Source: Kudoa neothunni
Lineage: Eukaryota; Animalia; Cnidaria
Direction: 5' to 3'
Assembly (NCBI GenBank): GCA_964304625.1
Contig: OZ199840.1
Coordinates: 9,063,409-9,119,991 of the forward strand
DNA length: 56,583 nucleotides
In this document: positions 1 through 10,851 of the stretch, one piece after another
Numbering within the stretch: position 1 is the first letter of the stretch
How the letters are laid out: each line of letters starts with the position of its first letter
The notes under the pieces: generated by a model
Seen by the model: only the letters and a program-made list of their open reading frames with translations
What the model was told of the DNA's origin: nothing
Databases searched by the model: none
Made by a program: the position numbers and the translations under genes

Positions 1-3000
1 AAATAGTTATTATTAATAAAGATTATTCCAAGCCAAAGAAAGCCAAATTTAAGTGTATTTATTTTTATTTTGTAACATTCTCTTTATTTCCATAGATGAC
101 TTCGAAGAAGGTTCTCAGGATATGATTTTATCCTCTAGTAACTCGGGACAAAATTATAAGGTCAAATTCAAGGGTGAATTGTCAACGAAAGGTGAATTAG
201 TGTGCACTGTCAAAGAATCAAAAGATGACCTAACTGCCTACGAAGATTTTGAAAACAACGGAGAAGGAATTAAGAAGAAGTGCAAAGAACTTTCAACAGA
301 ATTTGGTATTAATATCAACATTCAGAATAAATTTAAATATATTTCCGTTACTTATCCAGATTCTAAACCAGTAACCACATTAGATTTAGTAACATTCGTT
401 GTGATTGAAAAATTTTTTTCAATGTTGAGCCTATTTCTAAGCAATTTCGACTAGGATGAAAATAAAACCCAAGGATTAACGTCAGATGGATCTCAACCAC
501 AAAAATCATTAACGTCACAACCAATAACTTTTAATTCTGGGAAAGTTTATTCCTATTATATGGGTATAAAATAATATAATGATAAGTTTAACAACTTTTT
601 AGATTTTTACGAAGAAATAAGTCATATAGCTAAATTGGATGGAGACAAAATTAAGTTATCTATAAATAAATGTCCATCGTCCTGTAAAGCGTACAAAGAT
701 GAAAATATAGTAAATCCTACATCAGAAACATGTAATGGTGACCAAACAACGCTAAAATATTACTCTATTCAATTCGATGAGCTTGTTAAAGATTATTATA
801 TAAGTTGTCCGGAATATTTTGATTTTCATTATTTTTACGATAATACATTTGTTCAAAATCACGCACCGGTTTTCAGTAGATTTTACTACGAATTAAGCGA
901 CAATGGTGAGAATAATGCATTATCAGTTAAACTGGTTAACGAAGAGCCATCTAAAATGTGCACGTTTGAATGGATTGATGCCACAGCATCCGCTTCGAAT
1001 AATTTTTTCTCAAACGTGTGCGAGAATAAGAACAACTGTTTTTATAGTATGTGTAGTAGCTATAAATTTGGAAGTTTGCCAACAACCGTAAAGGCAGTGA
1101 AAATACGAGTCCTAAAATTAGGAATGAAACCTTCGATTGGTTATCAAAATAATATATACTTACGTAATACCTATAAATATCTAATAAATATATCGTAATT
1201 TCTAGTGAAACAAGGAGAGGATGTTTCGGTTGAATCATCAGGAACAAAAATTAAGATCAACATTAGTGCTAATAATAAAAATGAACATGGTGGGACTATT
1301 ACTGGTACAGATGATGTTAAATGCACCCTAACTTTATGGAACACATATGCTCCATTGGTTAGCGAAACTGGAAGGATATCTGTAAAGGATCCATCATCTT
1401 GCGAATTTAAGGAAATGGAAATAACGCCGGTTCTGATTCATTTACCTAACGACATTATGGTGTCTATAACAAATATACCAGATTATTCACCTAGGAAATA
1501 TTTTTTCAATAAAGCGAGTATTTTTTATATTAAAATTGTTTTAAAATATTTTTTAGGCCAAATTACTGAACTTTCCTCTGGTGATATTTCAGTTACTGCT
1601 ACTTATAGTGGCTTCAGAATCGCTCAAAATACATTCAGCGCAACAGCCACCTGCACTATTTACGTTAGGGAACACAACAAATTATATTACCCTGCTATTT
1701 GTTCAGGCAATGTGTTATGTGTAAAACCTTGCAGCTCGGATTTTACCATCATTGGGCTTTATTCAGATACCACCTATGAGCTCAAAATTGTTCCTAGTGG
1801 AGCAAACAATATTAAAACTATTTCCAGCATAAAGACAGGTAAAAAAATAATTTTTAGATCAACTAACATATAATAGATGGTCAAACAATTCAATTTGAAG
1901 TTTCAAATGATTCAACGAAGAATGATCTCATAATAGAACCTCAAAAAGCTTTAAATGACATTAGTGGTAGTGACTGCTATTATCAGTTGTATAAACACGA
2001 TGGAAACCAAAGTAAGGACACCGGGTTATTTTTATTAACATTTTTGTAGCTTCACCTACAAAAATCATAAAGTCCTACATCGGTTGCACAGATAGTGAAA
2101 ATATTAAAAAATGCGATAAAATTCAGTTTGATAAGAACATATACGATAATAACTATAACTACAGATTGATGATATATGTACCTGATAAATTGAAACCTGT
2201 CAAACTATCAATACCAGGTAACATATGTATCTACTCTCAATCAACATATTTTTATAGCTTTTACTCGAAGAGGAAAACTTGAACAAAAGCTTATTCCTTA
2301 TAATGTTAACGCTGCTGAGAAGTTTTCTATTACATTGTTAGAATTTCCCGTGAATTATAAATGTGCCATAAAGATATCGAGTTTAACAACAACTCCTGAA
2401 TTCAACAAACCAACAGGTTGTACGGGATTAAATGGAGATGACTGCATAATGGAATGCGTTAAAAATGAACTTGAAATTGGGAACATAAATTCAAAATTAG
2501 ATCGATATTTATCAGTTTGTTACGGAAAAAACGACGAGGAAGCAAAAAAATGTAAAAAAGTTCAGGTTTTCCCAATAATAATGAGTAATTAATATACATT
2601 ATATCACCTTTTGAAATATATAGTTAAAATATAATTTATAAAAAATAGAACTAACAATAATCTTCAATATAAAATTCATTCAACTTATATAAACAATTTT
2701 GTAGATTTAAATCAGAAAAACACTTATTCAATATCTCACTCTGATGGACAAATTACATTTACCTACAAAACAAATTCTGTTTCAGATTGGATTATTGAGT
2801 ACGATGGGAAGAATGACCAACATAGTGAAACGTTTAAAAATGGATTTGAAGTAGAAAATTATTCCGACACAATACAAAGAAAATCTGATATATTTTCAAT
2901 TGATAGATCCATGGATTATTACAAATTTAGTTCAACACTACTGTGGCCTGGTTTATTCTATTATTTGAATAATAGTTATTTGTATGATAAGACACTCCTA

Positions 3001-4864
3001 AAATCTCAGATTATTTATTCTGTTTCAAGGACTGATAGCCCTAAAAAAATACAATTAAAATTCTCTCCTGGTCCATATAACGATGAGATTTGTCATATCA
3101 AAGTATTTGAGGTCGATGGTAATGGAGCCGAACAAAAAGATAAAGTTCTGAATGGATGCACAAATGCAGAAAAAGAATGTTTTCGACTTTGTCAAGACAG
3201 CATTATCAATTTGACAGAAGAAATAAATAAAGTTGGTGTTACAATAAAACGAAGATTTGATGCGAATGGATTCAAACAATACTTTAAAAGTAAAATTTAT
3301 TTAAACGTTAATAATAATAATGCTTTTATAGGAGGTGATAGTGGTATCGATTTAAGAGATATTATTGATGAGGGGGGTCACAATTCAAGGACTTAACGTT
3401 TACAAAGCTATTAATGGGGGAGGTGCAGATATTGCATGTATCATTAAAGTATACAGAGCAACTACTTTTTCTAATGAAGAAAACGCTCGATGCAATGACA
3501 ATGGTGAATGCAATACTACATGTGGAGAGTCATTTTCTATTAATAAATTGGAAGTTGGAACAAATTACATCGTTTCTGTATCGATAAGCAATATTGGAAT
3601 TAGTGACTATACAAAGAAAATAGCATTTCGAACAAGTATCTGTACATTCTAATAATAATATTTCAAAAGTGTTTAGCTGGGGGAACAGATATAAATGGAA
3701 ATAATTCAATTCCCGACATAAAGGGCGGAAACGCCACTATAACACCATTTTCTGCAGATGGTTCGTTACCAATATGCAGAATTTATCTTAACAAGAATGG
3801 TGACTCCAATCCTAAATATATGGCTACTTGTGACGAAATTGGAGCGTGCGAACATAAATGCGACAATGAGTTCAAAATTATAAATCTAATATTAGGAGCA
3901 ACTTACGAAATGATTGTTGAACCATCCGATGGTAGAAAGGAGAAGAAATATGAAGTTCAAACGAGTATTTTACTTAAAAAGTCTTATTATTAATAAAACT
4001 TTTTAGCAAATACCGATGTTACTATCACATCTACGTTAAACGGAGATAGTGATTTGAAAGTTGAAGTGACTTGGGCTGAAAAAGATGATAATTCAAGGTG
4101 TCCGTTTTTCTTGCAGGAAAAAAAAGATGAAGGTGTGTCGGGAGAAACTGTTACATGGTGTAATGATGATGCAGAATGTTCGGCTAATAACTGTAGTATC
4201 AACATCAATAAATTGTCAAAAGAAAAAGATTACATATTGAAACTGAAAGTGAAGGATTATTCACTCTATAAAGATACAATTATTCTATGTAAATGCACTT
4301 TTTGACAATTTTATAATTTGTATAATCGAATAATATTTATAAAAAAGACTCAAAAATGGTTCAAAGGATTGGGTAATAGAGTTTCAATAATATTGTTTTA
4401 TTATAATAATTTTTTAGTAAATTAAATACAAAAATTCAACAAATTAATAGATTTATAGAAGGTGAAAATGTTAGGAGCGATTACACCAATATTGACGTGG
4501 ATGATATCGCACAAAAAATAAAAGTTGCTGAAGAAAGGTAATTAGTTTGTCCAATATTTTTATAACAATTTATTTAGTATAATTTCTATCCAAAAAATAC
4601 AATATAAATATAAAATGTTTAGAGAATAAAAAAGTAGACGATTATGAAGCTGCAAAGAACAGTCATTCGTAATTTTTGGTAAAATTTTCAAATTTTAACA
4701 TTGTTAAGGTCATTGGGCACTTACATGTAATAAAGTAAGCAATATGAAATTTTATAACCATTTTTAGATTGTATGCGATGATACCCATCGTGGCCTCACT
4801 ATTTATGGTGATAGGACTGGTAGTTCACAGAAAAAATTCCAAAGATACTACTCATGATCTCTAA
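1..4864 (+). CDS. Large type I membrane protein with about 12 tandem Cys-containing FN3/Ig-like beta modules, helical stalk, TM segment and short tail (5' end outside window; multi-exon)
   Basis: The ORF-track pieces join through GT-AG introns, with module boundaries mostly phase 1. Motif C-x15-21-C-x5-7-C-x3-4-C recurs seven times, often followed by FN3-like endings (GLYSDTTYELKI, KLEVGTNYIVSV, NLILGATYEMIV, KLSKEKDYILKL). The last exon encodes LYAMIPIVASLFMVIGLVVHRKNSKDTTHDL* (TAA 4862-4864). Two junctions are anomalous (see findings). Confidence 0.75.
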
Positions 4865-7800
4865 AAATTAACGGTCCATCCTGCAGACATGTAGTTTTTA
4901 AGAATATATTTTATTAGAATAAAACTATTATATATTTAATTTTCTTGATATTTCTTTCAATAGTTAAATTATGTAAATGTCCATGCTTATTCTAAAATTG
5001 GGATTGTATGGGTATTGTATATATATTATTTACACAATTTTTAAAATTCGATGTCATTGGAGTCGACAAACACAAGGATTCTTTTTATTGAATAAATGTC
5101 TATATCAGATCAATATAATTATAATGAAAGTCTTAGTTTATTTTAATAATTAATAAAAGATAGAATTGAAAATTATTTAAATATTTCAGTATTAGATTTA
5201 CTAAATAAATCATTTTAGAAGTAATAACTTATATCTAGTGCTTATAATTAGTCCAAAAGAAATTCTACATTAAAAATAATTTTAATATTATAATTGTTAA
5301 ACAGATTAATAAAGCTACTGAACCAAATATAAAAATTTCTACATGGAATTTAATATCCTCCACCTTTATATTATAAATATAATGGAGTTTCTCGAATTGA
5401 ACGTAAACGATTCCAGGATGAATGTATTTAAACTTTAGCTTTACTGATTTGCGTATCATAGATCAGTAATTTAAAAACTAGATTATTTATTTAAAAATGA
5501 ACTTTAAATTGCAATTATTTTTAAAAAAAAATTTTTATTATTCTGTTTCTTGTAATTTAGATAGATTACTAATTCTAACCAATAAAAATTTATTTTTCAT
5601 ATTAATTTCTGGTAAAACATAAATATTTTAACTTATCTGAGGGTGACAACATAAATGAAGTAACCTCTCACGAAACACTCTAACATTATTGGCTTTTAAT
5701 TATAATTGAAACTTTTCAGTCTAAATAAAACTTATTACAATTAAACCTTATTTTTAGGCTTTATAAATTATCAAAAAAAATTATAAAAAATTTCTAACAA
5801 AAGTTTATGCTGATACGATCCTTAATGGTTTAACCTAAAAAGTGCCTTAAATTCATTGAAATGTAAAGTGAACAAAAGAAAAAATCGAATCTAAGGCGCT
5901 CTGTTTAAAGTATTATCTGCAAAATAATTTAAATATATTATATTACTTTATGTCTATTAAAAAACAATATAAATTATTTTGGCCAATTCTAAATATGGAT
6001 CGCCGTTTATTTTCAAAAAATTTGATGACTAAAATTGATGTTAATCAAAGACGACAATCCCAAATTAAACATTAAAATACCTATTCGGAAATTTGGAATA
6101 ACGCCACTTTAAAGAATTTAAGTTATTTGTAGAAATAATCGTAATATATTCTCTAAAAAATTTCTTGTTAAAATATAATTTGTCATAGTTTAAATATATT
6201 TATGTATATTTATAAAATCAAGAAATTAATTTAAATGAAATATACAAAAATTCTTGTTGTCTATTTTCTTGTAAATCATTATTTGTAATTATATAATATA
6301 TCTACTTCAGGAAAAAATAGATATACTAAAACCCAATCCGGTTTATTTCTTGTTAAAAGCGTAAACATTAAATATATTTATAAATGGATATAATTTAATG
6401 AAAATGTTCGTATAACTACTTTTCTATGTAAAAATTGATTAAACAATATTTTTAAAATGGAAAAACTATCAATACATTCATGAGTTTAATTTTAAGATTA
6501 GTGAAAATTGTGCATATAAACAGATAAGTCGTATTTTGTATAATACTCGAAAAATTTGTTTGAGTAGTTTCAGTTTAATAATAACGTTTTTATTAAGGAG
6601 AAATTTTGAATAATGATAAAAAATAATTTTTTGATACAAACTCACAGATAAAATTGAGAACATTTAAAGTTATTGTGTCTCGTTAATAATTGCGTATGTA
6701 TATTGTGTATAACAATGTTCCATGAGAAATTTTTAATATTTGTAAGTTATTTTTTTTGGCTGAATCTTTTATTTCTATATTTAACTTGTAAGCTGCGAGT
6801 AAAGATAATTAATTCAATTTTGTAATGTTGGAGTGCCATACATTGTTTTATTCCCCATAAATTACCATTTAAAAATGATTTATGTCTAATGATAATTCAA
6901 AATTTGAACGCAATAGTGACTTTAGCGACTAAGAATTATACGATTTCTTCGCGTTTTAACCTTTGATACTGTAGTTTATTTTATACATACGAGGTGGGGG
7001 CCGCAGGTTTCCGACCTCTGTATTAAGTAAATTAAAAAACATTGTTATATTAGTATAATTTAAAATCAACAAAGTGTTTAGTATTTTATAAGATCAAATT
7101 TTCTAACTTATTACCTATGAAACCGGTTAAAATATAAATGTTTATGGGTAAGTCATTCAAAGGTTAAATTGATATGAAATATCAAAAAGAATAATTTATC
7201 GCTTCACGATTCTTTTTAGTTTCCGCATCTTTTCACAAAATGATAAAATAAAAAATATTTGTTTGGTCGGAATCATATTTCTGTCAAATCACATGTGATA
7301 AAAAAAGAAAATTACTTAAACGAAGAGAATGTGAATAAAATAATACAATTAAAGATAAATAAAAAAATTTTTCTTTTTTGACAATAATTTATCGAAACAG
7401 TGATCTTTATTAATAAAAATACTAATAAAATATAGTTTATAAATGACATGATATTTTATATAGTAGCGCAAAATATATATGATAATTACGCGTGCGTGGA
7501 ATATGGATTTCTTAGTTTTTTGTTTTAACCATAAATTTAAAATCAAACGAAGAAAATAAACATGTGACCCAATTTTGAATAGAAACTTTTAGTTTATATA
7601 ATTACTTAATGCAATTTGATTTTAACTTATGGTATAAAAATTAAAAATAATTCAACAAGAAAGATATAAAACATATTTTTACGCTAATAAGGGTTTCATT
7701 CTTATTTGTCTTACGGTTTATTAAAATAAATCTGGAATAAAATTGTAAAGAACATAGAGATTTAATAAATCTTATGTGTCTTTTTCATAAAGACAAATAT

Positions 7801-7949
7801 TTTATCATTTATTGATTTGATATTTTTAAATGAAACAAATAAAATTATCATTTTGTATATTACATTAACATATAGAAAATAATAAATTGAAAACGTAATT
7901 CAACTTTTCTATAAAATTCATCCAATAATTATTGTTTACCAGATTTATT

Positions 7950-8070
7950 TCAGCTTCAAGGGCAGATAAACCGTACATAATATACATTCGAACAAGAATC
8001 TCATTGGGTTTAAGGTTCTTTCCCACAAGTAATCCTTTTCTATTCATCAATTCAAAAAACAAAGTTATTG
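7950..8070 (-). mobile_element. Probable mariner-type transposase N-terminal HTH remnant
   Basis: KNLKPNEILVRMYIMYGLSAL resembles the mariner HTH pattern (..P.EI..R...YG..AL). Short and with no catalytic domain. Confidence 0.35.
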
Positions 8071-8781
8071 CAATCTGATTTCCATTCATTCTACCATTGC
8101 TACTAACAACTACTTTCCCATACTTTATCCTAAACGTATTTTTCTACAAAATGGAAGAAGAAATTACATTGACAACTTTATCCATACTTTCCATTCTTGC
8201 CGTAGGAAATGCCCTTATCCCGCTCTACCACAATTTCAATAATGCAGCTACGGCGTTAAAAAAGAGCCACCCCTCTATAACCACCCTAGTTTACTTAATA
8301 CTCGAATCTATCTATTCTAATGCCTTATTTTTCCTTAGTTGCTAATTGTATTTTTTGCGCGGATAGAAAAATATGAACTTAGCATTCTGTGCCTCGAAAA
8401 TTTAGCATGGACTCATGTTATGAGATTCACGCCCCTTGGAGGCATGTGTAACACTCCTATAAGGAGGTTCATAATCTATTTCATTGCATCAAATCATTGA
8501 TACGGAAGATAACATAATTATAACTATATTTTTAATAAATGCATTAAATTTCCAGACAATTAACTATATAAATATATATATATATATAATTTATCGCAAA
8601 ACATTATTTAAGGCCAAAAACAAAAACATCCTAAATTTCACATAACTGATGAACGTCATAAAGATACGATGTAGTAATTATGAGATGTTTATAATAAATC
8701 AATGATCCAGATATCGAAAGAGAAATCCCGGAAAGCTAAAAATAATAGGTAAAAATATTATACATAAATAATTGAAAAACC

Positions 8782-10851
8782 TTATAAATATTCAATCTTT
8801 CCAGCCCTCCTCTTAAATAATATGTATATTGCAACAATAATTATTCCCACTCCGACTATCGTGGATATAACAATTGCTACAATTGAACCAGTGGAAAGTG
8901 ATTTTGAAATTTTACTCCCAGTAGAATTTTTTCCAATTAGAGGTTTGATAACAGTAGCTACTGTTGTCTCATGTTTATCGACTATACGACGCTGGCGCGT
9001 GTTACTAGTGCGGGTATCATCAGATACGACAATGAATGTTTCCTTGCTAATATTTTTCAAAGTAGTAGGAGTTGGAGTAGTTGTTAAAGTAGTAGGAGTA
9101 GGTGTAGTTGTCAAAGTAATAGGGGTGGGTCTAGTTGTCAACGTAGTGGGAGCAGGTGTAGTTGTCAAAATAATGGGGGTAGGTCTAGTTTTCAACGTAG
9201 TGGGAGTTGATTTCGTTGTCAAAGTAGTAGGAGTTGGAGTAGTTGTCAAAGTAATAGGGGTGGGTCTAGTTTTCAAAGTAGTAGGAGTTGGAGTAGTTGT
9301 CAAAGTAATAGGGGTGGGTCTAGTTGTCAACGTAGTGGGAGTTGATTTCGTTGTCAAAGTAGTAGGAGTAGGTGTAGTTGTCAAAGTAATGGGGGTAGGT
9401 CTAGTTTTCAACGTAGTAGGAGTTGGAGTAGTTGTCAAAATAATGGGGGTAGGTCTAGTTTTCAAAGTAGTAGGAGTTGGAGTAGTTGTCAAAGTAATAG
9501 GGGTGGGTCTAGTTGTCAACGTAGTGGGAGTTGATTTCGTTGTCAAAGTAGTGGAAGTAGGTGTAGTTGTCAAAATAATGGGGGTAGGTCTAGTTTTCAA
9601 CGTAGTGGGAGTTGATTTCGTTGTCAAAGTAATAGGAGTGGGTCTAGTTGTCAAAGTAGTAGGAGTAGGTGTAGTTGTCAAAATAATGGGGGTAGGTCTA
9701 GTTTTCAACGTAGTAGGGGTAGATGTAGTTATCAAAGTAGTAGGAGTAGGTGTAGTTGTCAAAGTAATGGGGGTAGGTCTAGTTTTCAACGTAATGGGAG
9801 TTGATTTCGTTGTCAAAGTAGTGGGAGTAGGTGTAGTTGTCAAAATAATGGGAGTGGGTCTAGTTGTCAAAGTAGTAGGAGTAGGTGTAGTTGTCAAAAT
9901 AATGGGGGTAGGTCTAGTTTTCAAAGTAGTAGGAGTTGGAGTAGTTGTCAAAGTAATAGGGGTGGGTCTAGTTGTCAACGTAGTGGGGGTAGATGTAGTT
10001 ATCAAAGTAGTAGGAGTAGGTGTAGTTGTCAAAGTAATGGGGGTAGGTCTAGTTTTCAACGTAATGGGAGTTGATTTCGTTGTCAAAATAATGGGAGTGG
10101 GTCTAGTTGTCAAAGTAGTAGGAGTAGGTGTAGTTGTCAAAATAATGGGGGTAGGTCTAGTTTTCAACGTAATGGGAGTTGATTTCGTTGTCAAAGTAGT
10201 AGGAGTAGGTGTAGTTGTCAAAGTAATGGGGGTAGGTCTAGTTTTCAACGTAGTAGGAGTTGGAGTAGTTGTCAAAGTAATAGGAGTGGGTCTAGTTGTC
10301 AAAGTAGTAGGAGTAGGTGTAGTTGTCAAAATAATGGGGGTAGGTCTAGTTTTCAACGTAGTAGGGGTAGATGTAGTTATCAAAGTAGTAGGAGTAGGTG
10401 TAGTTGTCAAAGTAATGGGGGTAGGTCTAGTTTTCAACGTAGTGGGAGTTGATTTCGTTGTCAAAGTAGTAGGAGTAGAAGTTGTGGGTGATTTTGCTAT
10501 AATGGAGTCATCGGAATCCTCTTCCTCCCTATAAGTAACATTTATCGGATGATGACTTAGGTATGGTCCTTAAAAAATGAAAACAGTAGTGGTATCATAC
10601 TTTCGATATATCGAAATTAGGTTTACATCTTTCTCTTCATGTAGTCTTTTGACATTATTTATTTTTCCTGATTTTTTTTTAATTTCATCTATGCGATTAT
10701 TCTAAAAAGATGTTATTAGAATAATTAATCTCAAAGAACTTCAATCGTTTTTAATTGGGAAATCAACAGAAAAACTGCTATAACTTTAATCATTTATAAG
10801 TGAATTATTTTTTAATCGCATACTAATGATGTTAAGGTAATGAAATATCAC
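8782..10851 (-). CDS. Transmembrane mucin (Thr/Pro-rich stalk, single TM, short cytoplasmic tail)
   Basis: Large exon 10528-8782 encodes an acidic patch, the T/P repeat, RQRR, TM IVAIVISTIVGVGIIIVAIYILF, basic stop-transfer KRR and tail KIEYL*. Upstream small exons join in frame via GT-AG introns to give a signal-peptide-like VIFHYLNIITVFLLISQLKT. The start codon is unresolved (GTG at 10851 or a further upstream exon). Confidence 0.8.
9058..10480 (-). repeat. Coding minisatellite, 27-bp (9-aa) unit, about 52 copies
   Basis: Unit variants LTTTPTPTT, LKTRPTPIT, LKTRPTPII, LTTKSTPTT, LTTRPTPIT, LITTSTPTT. Example plus-strand DNA unit: caaagtagtaggagttggagtagttgt. Confidence 0.97.

Noticed and set aside
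5265-7546. Short 60-65 aa ORFs in AT-rich intergenic DNA
   Set aside because: Low-complexity I/K/F/Y-rich translations typical of noise, with no motifs or splice logic.
8822-10534. 570-aa Val/Gly-rich ORF antisense to the mucin
   Set aside because: In this offset frame, stops arise only opposite certain Tyr, His or Gln codons, which the T/P repeat lacks. The open frame is a by-product.
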